64,000 nt of DNA from Octopus sinensis (lineage: Eukaryota), in assembly GCF_006345805.1 (NCBI RefSeq), contig NC_043006.1:33480001-33544000 (forward strand), read 5' to 3'. A model generated the notes under the pieces. The model was given only the letters and a program-made list of their open reading frames with translations. It was not told where the DNA came from and did not search any database. Each line of letters starts with the position of its first letter. The first letter of the stretch is position 1. Below, one piece after another: positions 25,761 through 37,449 of the stretch. A program made the translations under genes and the position numbers.

Positions 25761-28700
25761 ATTCCTCAAAAAAGAGAAATAAAGTGGTATATGAAGCTGC
25801 TTTCTGTAGTTAAAAATAAGGACATTTTGAGAGGATATATTGTTTTTTTATAGTAAAAGGGTAACCAATTAGAAATAAGTAAACCCATCAGATATTATTT
25901 GGTTGACCATTTTGCACTATTATCAGGTGTATTATTTTAGCCAATCAAGACATTGCTGACAGACAGCTTGTTTGTAAGCCACTTAAGAACATGATTGTCT
26001 CATCCTATCTCAACTGTTGTTAATAGCTGTGGCTGTTTCTTTTCATCTGTTTCTGTAGTTCAGGTAGTACAACCTCAATAGAATAACTTCTACTAAGTTT
26101 AAAAACACTTATTTTACCTTTCTAAAGCAGTCCATTTTCTGATTGCCTACATGTGACTCTACGACACATTATTCTACTGATATGAACATTTTTTTTAATG
26201 CATTTCTGTTGACTTTGTAAAACATGGAAACAAATGTGCACATTTTCTGCAATACTTTTCCTACAACACATTTTACCTAACTGATTACATGATATATGTA
26301 TGTTCTTCCAAGCATTCATGTAAACTGTCTTAATTAATCTTGTAAATTTAGATTTGCTAAATTCCATGTCTAAATCCAGTCCTAATTCAAACCTATATTC
26401 AGAGTCAAGTGCTGCTTATTTTACCAACAAGATTGGAAGAGATTTATTTTTCTTGCTACATAGGAAATAACGAGATAATTCTAATTTACCACTGTTATCC
26501 TGATAAAAATTTCTTTTAATTCCCAAATTATCAATTCAAATTTTATAAAAGATATTAGTTCTGATCTTTTTTAAAAGAGCCAAACCATTATTTTAAATCT
26601 ATTCTATTTGAGAGCTTAATCAAAATATATAAATATCCAATTTTACTGATTTAAACAACTATCAAGTGTTTATTTTATTTGTGGTAAAACAGCATATGTA
26701 TCTGTTTACAGACTGTTATATGTAAGGATAGCTGTTCTTTTAGACAATATTAAAAAAAGAACCATTAGACAGCAGTCACACTGGCCTTTAAGGTTATTTC
26801 CATTAACCCCAAAACTTATTTCAATTGTCTTGCATTTTATCAATTTATTTTTCAAACTGTTAAGTTACAGAACACAATGAGAGCAACACAACTATATACA
26901 GATACACAAAGATAGGCTTCTGTACAGTTTTCCTTTAACCAAATTCCACTCAGTTTGAGTGTACAGTATAAGGCACTTCTATGTCCAAGGAACTCTATAG
27001 TGTCATGGAACCCAGAACCCAGTGAATGTGAAGTGATTTTCTAAACAACACAGCTGCTTACAAGTTATTTACTGAAACCATTTTGGAAATAAATATAATT
27101 ACACAATGGTTACTCAAGATAATTTTTTACAACATTTTATAATGTTTACAATGAACAAATTAGACACAGCCATCAAAAACCTTGTTCACTTTTCTTTTTG
27201 ACTTCTTTCTAAATAGTAATATCCATTAATAGGTGATTAGCTCTAATGCCTTCAACTAAGAGAAAAATGTTAACATCCACACCATTACTAAAAGACACTA
27301 GGAACATTATGCTGGCGGTAAGGGAAAACAAAATGCACCCAGTACACATTGCAAAGTGGTTGGTGATAGGAAGGGTAGACAGCCATAGAAACCATGCCAA
27401 AGCTGAGATTGGAGATTGATGGACCTGGTCAAACCTTCCAGTGCATGGCAGCATGGAAAAGGAAAGTTAAATGATAATGAAGTAAAGCAATTCCTGCTTA
27501 GAATCAAAACTAGATACAACTTCAATCAGCAAATTTACCATTAAATTTCTTTATTGTTTTATTTTTTAAAAAGGAGGAAAATATGTTTTTTAATGACTTA
27601 ACCATAGGTAGAAGGAGAACACATAATATTTGCAGAGTATCTAAGACTACAAATAGAGGAAAAAGAAACTATAACAACCTATGTAGCTGCTGTAGGACTA
27701 AGTGCCTCAGGAAATCAATTTAAACTCAGACCGGAAGACAAGGTTTAACAAAGTGGACTGTTGAATGAGTACCAAAAGTGTAGGTAATGAACTGAGTAAT
27801 ACATTGGTGGTTCAACCACCCAAAGATCATAATAAAAAAAATGATTTTAAATATTCCTCTAAGAATAACTTAATGAATAGATTCTGTTCATTTATCAGCA
27901 TATTTAAATTGGATTTAAAAAAGTATCAGGTTGATCCTTTTTAAAGCGAGCCAGCCATTACAGATTTACGATTTGGGTTACGTCCCCAAAAGGCAGTCTA
28001 TGCGTACTGGATAGCCACGTTGGATGTTTTCTTGTGAGCCACCGGCACTGGTCACAAAGATACAAATTCCATATGTGTGATTTTAAAAAAGTGATTAAAT
28101 ATTCCTCTTAATGAATACCTTTAATGAATAGATTCCGTTTTCATTTTATCAGGTAGTTAAATTGGATTTTATAAAAGATATCAGTTTTGATCCTTTTTAA
28201 AGGAGCCAAGCCATTATTTTAGATTTATTCTATTTGAGAGTCTAATTAAAGCATTACATAAATATCTGATTTTACTGATTAACAAATAATCAATCTACAT
28301 TTTAATAACTCTTTTAAAATTGTTAATTTTCTGGAATTCCATATTTTCCTTTGTTTTCAATCATTAGAAACTAGTTTCCAGGGTTTTAGTAATAATCATG
28401 GTGACCTTAAGTACTTTGTCTTGTACTTATTTTATTGATTTTGAAATGACCTTGGAAGAGGACAAAAGGTCAAGGCAACCAAGTATAAAGGGAAATAACA
28501 CAGACTGCCATACTATATTTTCATTTTATGTCAATTTTTTTTTTTTTTTGCCATAACACTGTGGTATACAGACACAAGTGTCTCTGTATGACTATGTATG
28601 TGTGTGCATGCATGCACACACACACAATTTTATATTCAGGGCAGATATGGATGTATGGTTTAGCTGATTTTGAAACTGTGCTGTTTGGGTTCAGTCCCAT

Positions 28701-29644
28701 TGTGAGACATCTTGGACAAGTGTCGTCTGCTACAGCTACTACTACAACAACAGCCTTAGGCTAACCAATGCTTGCTAAGTGAAATCTGGTAGAAAGAAAT
28801 TGTGCCGAATCTCACTGCAAATATGCATGTATATGTGTATGAGTATGTAGCTGACAATATTTGTCTTTACATTGACACTGCTTAATAACAGGTGCTCTTT
28901 ATGTCCCATATCTTAAACTACAGAATCATTGCACAAGTGGCAGATTAGATAAATTAATATATAAATACCTAGATTTGCTTATCATTCACTTTCACATCGA
29001 TAAATTGTCATTAATGATAATGTACTAATGAAGAATAGTGTTTTGAATAACAATATACAAAATGCTTATATTTTAAAGGATAAACAGAAAAAAAAAGTGT
29101 GTGCAATAATACATAGAGCTATATAATAATCTATTTATATGTCAATGCTTTTCAATAAAACCTGTAGTTTACCTTAAAAAAAAAAAAGTGTCCCCAAATC
29201 CAGGTTTCCCTGCTTACAATGTTAAATTTCTATCCATACCCATCACTGAATGCTTTAAAATTTATAAAGTGCTTTGTTGGCATTGAGCACTATAAGTAAG
29301 ATCTTTGTTTTGAAAAATGCCTATACAAGCTCAACACTCCAATCCCTATATACACATACATAGGGTTGCTACACTCATGCATTCACACACATGTAGGACA
29401 CCTATTCCTTTGTATGCATGTGGTGGTGGATCTTAGTAGTTTGGTCAATTAAATTACCATGCTCCTATATTAATGTGCAAGTGACTAATCATTCCACCAT
29501 CGGGCTAACCTCCAATGTAATTCAGCATGACAGTGTGTGACAAGGTTGTATTTTGTTACACACTAAGTACAATCCACCAAATGGGCTTCTATACAGCTTA
29601 CATCTACCAAATATCAGTTACAAGTTATGGACTGGTGTAAGGTG

Positions 29645-30480
29645 GAGAAAATAACCAGCCTTCATCAGGTGTCTTGGGGAAATTTCGAACCTGGGTTTGG
29701 AACAGCCATGACATATCATTGAAGGTGAAAAATGATCTATATAAGACGGTGGTTTTGACATCATTGCTTTATGGTGCTGAATCCTGGACCTTGTACTGAA
29801 ATACATCAACCAGCTTGATGCTTTTGTGCTATTTCCAACATAAAACCAAGTAACCATATTCATAACAGTGAGGTGCTAATAAACAAGTGTGATGCTTTTG
29901 TGCTATTTCCAACATAAAACCAAGTAACCATATTCATAACAGTGAGGTGCTAACAAACTGCAACATGTCAGGTATTGAAGCCATCCTCATCTAAAAAAAA
30001 GTTTAGATGGTCAGGTCATCTCTCACATATGAATGATACTTCTCTTTGGCCAATTCTCAATAGGAAGGTCAGTTGGAAGACCACTCTTGCACTTCAAAGA
30101 TAAACTGAAAGACAATCTGAAACGATGCAACATTCCCTTTTCTTCCTGGGAAAACAAAGCATCAGAAGAGAGGACTTGATGCCAGTCCTGCTTCTCTTCA
30201 GTTCAAAGATTTGAGCAAAGTCAACTCCAACATCGATACCAACTTTGTGCAAGCATGAAGCATACTGGCAAAATGCTGCTCTTCTAAATGGAAATCTTAC
30301 CTGTCATTATAGTTCTGTAGCATGACGCAAAGCAGGTCTTGCCATCCACTCAAGAAAACACATAGTAAATGCTTCACAAGCACTAGAGCAAACCGATTCC
30401 TCAACTTGTTCCTTTTGCCAAAAGGTTTGCAAGGCACCAGCAGGCCTTAAGAGACACATTTATGTCCATAGAACATGATT
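29645..30480 (+). mobile_element. RTE (BovB-like) LINE 3' fragment with C-terminal C2H2 fingers
   Basis: VWNSHDISLKVKNDLYKTVVLTSLLYGAESWTLY, FRWSGHL, GRPLLHFKDKLKDNLKRCNI and CSFCQKVCKAPAGLKRHIYVH; disrupted by stops and frameshifts. Confidence 0.88.
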
Positions 30481-31500
30481 ACTGCTTTATTTTACTGAAT
30501 CCTCATTTGTTGTTAATGATGTGAAAATCCATCATGTATATGTGTGTGTGTCTTTAGTAGAAATAGATGCATGTTTCCTTTTAAAGCTTTTTGTCAAATC
30601 AATTCAAAACATTTTTTTATCAATCTATATGTAGCCTTATTACATTATCAGTTTAAATTTGAATTATTAAAACTTCACTTTTGAAGTAGCATTGTTGTAT
30701 TTTGTAGATGTTAAATGTTAAAAAAATATCTACATCACTTTCAACATTTTTTCCTTTTCAATCTAAGTGTACATCTTGTTTGATTAAATTTTTTTCTCTA
30801 CCAGCAAATTAATATCTGAAAGTGTTAATTCTCCACTTAATACTTCTCAACACTTGATTACATTTTAAATGAAGTAGTTATCACTGCTATGTCAGTCTTC
30901 TTAACACCATACCATTCACCAGTAATAAGAGCTTATTACTTCCAGCTCCATTTAAATTGACTGGTTTGAAAGTCATCAAGAGTCAAACTCAATAATTATG
31001 CTTACAAGGAAAAAAAACTGCAAAAGTGTTTCATTCAATTACGGATTAGATATTATAAATAGCAGCTATCTTCTTTCCTTACTTGACCAATAAATCTGCT
31101 GAAACATTTGGTATTTTATTGCTGCAGTGGATATTACTGTTAATGTGTATTAATTGAGAAATTAAATATATGTATATATTCAAAACTTAGCAACTTAAAA
31201 CCATCAAAGTATATTTCTGGGATAGAAATTCTGATACTGATGGGTTTCTAAGTCATCATACTTATTTTCCAAGTATTTTTGGTACATATCTGTGTACAAA
31301 ATTTAAATAAGTCCACTTGGAGAAGATTTGAGTAAATATGAAAGCAAAATGCATCATCTTGGACATGGACACTGAAGCAACTACAGTTAAATGTTTTCCA
31401 TCAAGTACTGGAAAATAAGTGAAATGGGATACAAACTAAAGAGTGGGGGGAATTTATCCGTTAGATTCCTTTATTGTTTATTTTAAATATTTTAATTAGC

Positions 31501-32660
31501 TCAGACCCCTCCTGTTTACCTTAGTCCTCCAGGCCTTAAAAGAGGAATTCAAGACCAGCTGTCCTAAGGAGCTCTCTATGCTGATGACCTTGTTCTTATA
31601 GCTGAATCACTTCCTGACCTAGAGAAGAAATTTCAGGTGTGGAAACAAGGTCTGGAATCTAAGGGCCTTAGGGTTAATTTAACAAAAACCAAAGTCCTAG
31701 TAAGTAGGAAAACAGACAAATCACAAGTCCCTTCTAGGAGATGGCCCTGTTTGAGATGTAAGAAGGGCGTTGGTAGAACTGTCATATGTTGTACCCAGTG
31801 CAAGTTTTGGACACATAAGAGGTGCAATGGTATCAAAGTGTGGCAAATGTGCTGGTACAATAAGCACTAAAAACACACAGACAATAGGCTCACTCAAATG
31901 CTTGGGTGGATCATGAGAAGTAGTAGATAGCTTCTGTTACCTAAGAGATCAAGTTAGAAGTGGGGGAGGGGGTTCTGAAAGTGTAGTTGCTAGGATAAGA
32001 ATAGGTTGGGCAAAGTTCAGAGAGCTTCTACCTTTGTTGGTAACTAAGGGCCTCTCCCTCAGAGTAAAAGGTAGATCATATGATGCCTGTGTATGAACAG
32101 CTATGCTTCATGGCAGTGAGACATAGGCTGTAACTACAGAGGATTTGCAAAGGCTTGAAAGAAATGAAGCTAGCATGCTCTGTTGGATGGGTAATGTCAG
32201 TTTGCATGCATGACCAAGTGTAAATGATTTAAGAGGAAAACAGAATAAAAGGTATCAGATGTTGTGTGCAAGAGAGAAGACAACACTGGTTTGGTCATAT
32301 GATGTGTATGAATGAGGACAGCAGCATAAAGAAGTGCCAAGCTCTAATTGCGGAAGATACTTGTGAAAGGGGTAGATCCAGGAAGACATGGGACAAAGTG
32401 GTGAGAAAGGATCTTTGGATGTTGGGCCTCATTAAGGATATGATAAGGGACTGGTAGATGTGACAATTTGCTGTACTTGATATGATAAATCAAGTAAGTA
32501 AAACCACTGCCTTCCACACATACAGGATTATCCTTTCAGGTGCTGGTGCCACTTAAAAGGTACCCATATCGGTGCTGTGTTAACACACCTGTGCTGCATA
32601 AAAAGCACCCAGCACACACTGTTAATGCCAGCATGGAAAGCGGATGTTAAATGATGATGA
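31501..32660 (+). mobile_element. RTE-clade LINE 3' fragment (RT to 3' tail)
   Basis: YADD at 31577-31588, KQGLESKGLRVNLTKTKVL, a Cys-rich insert, MLHGSET, WFGHM and RGRSRKTWDKVVRKDL; ends in the ATGATGATG tail. Confidence 0.92.
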
Positions 32661-33550
32661 CGAATGAAGAAAGTAACTAGCATAGCAATAATGCCTTTTG
32701 CTAAGAGTAATAAGGCAGGAATTAACAATAAAAAAGAAAAGATTATGGATATCAGCACAAACATAGCAGTATGGCTAAGAAGTTTGCTGCAATTAGGGGG
32801 TTCAGTACCACTGCATAAATGTTGTCAGCTGGTACACTCAGTTGCAGGCTAACCAATACTTTGTGAGTAAAATTGGTAGATTGTACTGTGGGGTAAGTGA
32901 ACTCACTCTTGCAAACCCCTCTTTTATCAGGAGTTTGATCATCTTTACCCTACGTGAAGAAGCTACTCACTATAAGCGTTAACCATTTCTTTTCCCAAAC
33001 TAAAGACATAAAATAGGTTCAATTGAAGATGGGCTCAATAACTTCCCCTAATTCTGTGCATTGTTTATGAAAAGGTGGCTCAGTCATTTAAACATAAAAA
33101 AAACAACCCTAAACATTCGAAGAATACAACTTTACTCATAAAACAATATGCAACTAAATAAGCAAAAATTTATTTAGATGTTGCTAATAATCTCCAATAA
33201 CTACATTCTCTGCTACTAAGAGTTCCTCACAGGGGTTCATTTTTCCACCATAAGAGTCAAAAATACTCCAGTCCGGAGCAGTGGATAAACATTTACAGAG
33301 TGCAAATATGTTCTGCACTAGAACAGAAAATACTGTTAGACAATGGAACACCACACACACACAATATCATAGAAAAAGACTAATCAATACTTTCCAAACA
33401 CTTGTTAATCTATCAGAGAGACCTGTTCTACAATGAATTGTAGTAGCTACAATAAATTCTGTTTCCATAAACCTGTGAACAATGCTACATTCACCAACTA
33501 GATGCATTTGTTAAACATCTAATAACCTGCATTAATCTAATAAGAGATTA

Positions 33551-33766
33551 AGGCAATAAACCGGAAACATCATTAGTATGCTGGATAAAATACTTAGCAG
33601 CATTTCTTCTGGCTTTATGTTCTGAGGCAAAATTCCACCAAGGCCGACTTTGCCTTTCATTTGTGTGAGGTTGATAGAATAAGTACCAGTTGATCACAAG
33701 GGTTGATATAACTGACTTTCTTTCCCTCACTAAAAATTGCTGGCCTTGTGCCAAAATTTGAAATCT
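33551..33766 (+). mobile_element. SINE, family B
   Basis: GACTTTGCCTTTCAT..GATAGAATAAGTACCAGTTGA..GCTGGCCTTGTGCCAAAATTTGAAA. Similar copies at about 7960-8170, 40690-40805, 51400-51555, 58480-58675 and 63700-63780. Confidence 0.75.
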
Positions 33767-33850
33767 AATAAGAGGTTAAAACATACCAAATTAAGGGACT
33801 TGGATGTGTGTGGGGGATGGCGGGAGGGAGGGAGGGAGGGGGAGAGAGAG

Positions 33851-33899
<49 letters not shown>

Positions 33900-34516
33900 A
33901 AAGATACGAATGAAAAGTGGTCATACTTAAAACAACAGAAATATGAACTTTTTAATTATGAAGCTGGTAAAGTAAGATATCATTGGAAATCAAGTGCAAT
34001 CTTAACATCCATTGAAATTCCTTTAAATACCAAATACAGAATTATTGGCTGAATAAGAACTGAGTGGGGAGTTTTCTTAATCAGAAGGTATTCTATTGTT
34101 GACTAAAAGCTTTTGGTACACAATGAATGTCAAACAGCAAGGTTTCCATATTTACTATTTTTACTTAATTCATTTCAATATTACCAGTTTCAGTCACTGA
34201 ACTGCAGACTATGCAAGAGTACCACCATCAACTGTTTTAGTTGGCTAGTTTGGCTGCAATATTTTGTCCGATATTTAGTTGATCTTCTTATTGAAGAAAA
34301 AGGCAATGTGGAACAGGTGCGAAAAGATGTGACTGAGACAGAGCCAAATATCACAGGTATTTTTCTTAAACATAGATATTGCTATCTCAGGGTGATATAT
34401 TGTATCTGCAATTGTTGTGCATAGTTGTTTATCAAATCTCACTTGCAAGAGTTTGGTTTAACTGAGGCTGTGATAAAAGACACACCCATACTACTATACA
34501 CTGGAATCAATCTTAA

Positions 34517-34729
34517 CCTTTCGTTACCAGCCCGGCTGAAACTGGCTCTGAGTACAAATGTCTTGTTTCATAAGTGTTTGTGATTAAAATCTTCACCAAA
34601 CCTTAGTCACAATTTATGTTCCTAACACTAGCTGAATGATAACTAAGTTATTTTACTAAATTCTTTGTTATATTTAAAATAAATTGAAGGAAACACAGAG
34701 CATCTCAAATAAGTACAGTAATGAAAAGG
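34517..34729. mobile_element. piggyBac-type MITE, copy 1
   Basis: TTAA flanks; ends CCTTTCGTTAC / GTAATGAAAAGG. Confidence 0.8.
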
Positions 34730-35043
34730 TTAAGCAACATGGCCAGGGTGGATGGGGGGACTTCTTACCAGAGTACTGTGCCCATAATTAAAATGGTACA
34801 AATGCTGTGTTATGTTGAATGAAGAAAAAGGCAATGTGGAACAGGTGCGAAAAATGTTGTACTGAGACAGAGCCAAATATCACAGGTATTTTTCTTAAAC
34901 ATAGATATTGCTATCTCAGGGTGATATATGTATCTGCAATTGTTGTGCATAGCTTGTTTATCAAATCTCACTTGCAAGAGTTTGGTTAAACTGAGGCTGT
35001 GATAAAAGACACCCATACTACTATACACTGGAATCAATCTTAA

Positions 35044-35258
35044 CCCTTTCGTTACCAGCCCGGCTGAAACTGGCTCTGAGTACAAATGTCTTGTTTTCAT
35101 AAGTTTTGAATTAAAATCTTCCACCAAACCTTAGTCACAATTTATGTTCCTAACACTAGCTGAATGATAACTAAGTTATTTTACTAAATTCTTTGTTATA
35201 TTTAAAATAAATTGAAGGAAACACAGAGCATCTCAAAATAAGTACAGTAATGAAAAGG
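35044..35258. mobile_element. piggyBac-type MITE, copy 2
   Basis: TTAA flanks; left end CCCTTTCGTTACCA is identical to the left end of 12077-13152. Confidence 0.8.
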
Positions 35259-36323
35259 TTAAGCAACATGGCCAGGGTGGATGGGGGGACTTCTTACCAG
35301 AGTACTGTGCCAATTAGAAAATGGTACAAATGCTGTGTTATGTGACAAGTTATGGATGATGATGTAAGTTCATAGCAAAGGAAAGTTGTTAACAAAAATA
35401 TTCTCCCTGTATAAAAACCTCTATAAAAACCTGTAAAACCAGCTCTAAAATCTATATATGTAAAAACCATGTCTTATTGATTTGGTTGTTATCATAGCAA
35501 TATCTCACTCTACAAACTGAAAATTAAGAATGAACAAAATGTGCCAAAATAATAATAAAAAAGAAAAGAAAAAAAAAGATCAAATGTGTTAACATTAATT
35601 TGAGAAAGATGAAGTTCAGATAATCTAAATATTGGATTGAAGCATAAAAGCTATAACAGCTTTTATGAACACAAAAGAAATTACTACTTGGTACATTATT
35701 GAGAAATAATGGGAAAGTGTGAAGAATAAGATTAATCTTATTTTAAATTTAGTTATGAATGAAGTAAGTTGCATTATATCATAGAAATCACCGAAATTAC
35801 AATACATTTCTCTCACATAGAATTAGTAGTGTAACACTTGATAGTGGTAAATTATTTAGAAAAGAAGTAAATTTTAGGAAAAATCAAGGTTATCATAGAT
35901 TTTTGAAGGCGTAAATGTAAGAAACTCATTTTCTTTAGCTATTGAGTCAACGTGGCTAATCATTTATTGATGGATACCAGTAATTAGAAATAAACACAGA
36001 GAAAATACATGTAATCTTTGTGAAACAAATTTTCCTGATCAAGTGCTACACTATTCTACATTTTGAATATAGCCTGTATTGAACTCAAATTTGTATGCAT
36101 TATGTCAGCTTTTAGCAAATATAGATTTTGATTGAAAAAATTGTCATTTAGAAGTTGACTATTGAATTATATATACTTAATAATCTGCAACAATTTAAAT
36201 TTATCACTACCTATATAAATATATCTATTGCATCTATTTCTTCTTAGTATTTGAATTTCTGTTCATGTAAACACTGAGTAAAATACATTTTACTAGAGTT
36301 TGAGGTAAATGAACAACAAAAGC

Positions 36324-36490
36324 AGGGCAGACCGAGGAAAATGGAGGAGGAGATTGGGAGGGTTGGCTTGAGAAGGGAGGACGCCCAAAACCGGGTGAGA
36401 TTGTGTGAGGGCGGTTGCTATGGCATTGAGGTAAATCTGGCCACCTCTATTAACGGGAACAAAACCTGGATTTAAAATGATGGATGATTA
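36324..36490 (+). mobile_element. RTE LINE extreme 3' fragment
   Basis: GRPRK..EEEIGRVGLRREDAQNRVR-like coding end followed by a short tail. Confidence 0.55.
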
Positions 36491-37449
36491 TTTCTCTCAA
36501 GTAGATTAAGCACTATTTGCTGCTTTGCTCAGTGGCATAACTAACATGTTCAAACTGTAAGGTTTGAACTAATGACCATGCAAACTGCAACCCATCATCT
36601 TAACTTCAATACAGTCATGCAGGTAGTTTTTTTTCTTTTTTCATGTCTAGAAACTTCAGAACACAGTAGAAAGTAATATTTAATAAATCAGTTGCTAATA
36701 TTTCTGTAACTTGGCCATAAATGTCAGCATTGGCTTTTGAGACCGATTATATTTATTTGTTTTTTAGCATAAAACATCCATTAAAAAATTAGAAGTTTTT
36801 AATTACTTGCATTAATTACTGTACTAATAAATACTACTAGTATATTAAATTTTTCCATGTGCAATAAAATACAATGAATTCAAGTTCAGCAACTATTACT
36901 GAAAATAATACGGAAAATGACTGGAGTTAATCAAATCATAAACAATTTCTTTTTTAATAGTCCTTAAGAAGGACATTCAAATATCTATATACGTAATTTA
37001 GATACGTCTCTTTGATGTAAAATATCTTCATAAACACACAAATATCGAAGGTAACATACCAAAAAATGGCCATCCAACTGATCAACATAGAGTGTCTCAC
37101 AACATATTCTGATCTCTGGCCCACAGACGTGTTGCTTCCTCTCTATCTTTCCTAAGTGACCCTCGTTTCACAGAGTTTGTAGGTTTAACTTCACTTTCAA
37201 CCAAGCCTACTTCACTCATCTGTTGTTTCCATGTAGCATCTACTTGCTTCAAACTCTGAAATAACCACTTGTCCCAATCGTTTTCTTTGCTAATTGTCAC
37301 TTCCCTGGATCTCTCTCCTACCCATGTTTATCCATCAGTTGTTTAAAAAGAACACCAACCACACTGATTTCACTGCCCTGGGAAGGCCTGTGTAAGCAAC
37401 AGACATGTGTAGGTCTTCTCTTCAGATCTCTCTCTCTTTCTCTCTCTCT

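Larger units (their letters stand above)
34292..35343. repeat. Tandem duplication, period 528 bp (34292-34815 / 34820-35343)
   Basis: Both copies begin TGAAGAAAAAGGCAATGTGGAACAGGTGCG and end TGCTGTGTTATGT; differences are mostly small indels. Confidence 0.95.

Noticed and set aside
26122-26367. Cys/His-rich ORF suggesting zinc fingers
   Set aside because: No C2H2 or other regular ligand spacing in any frame I read.
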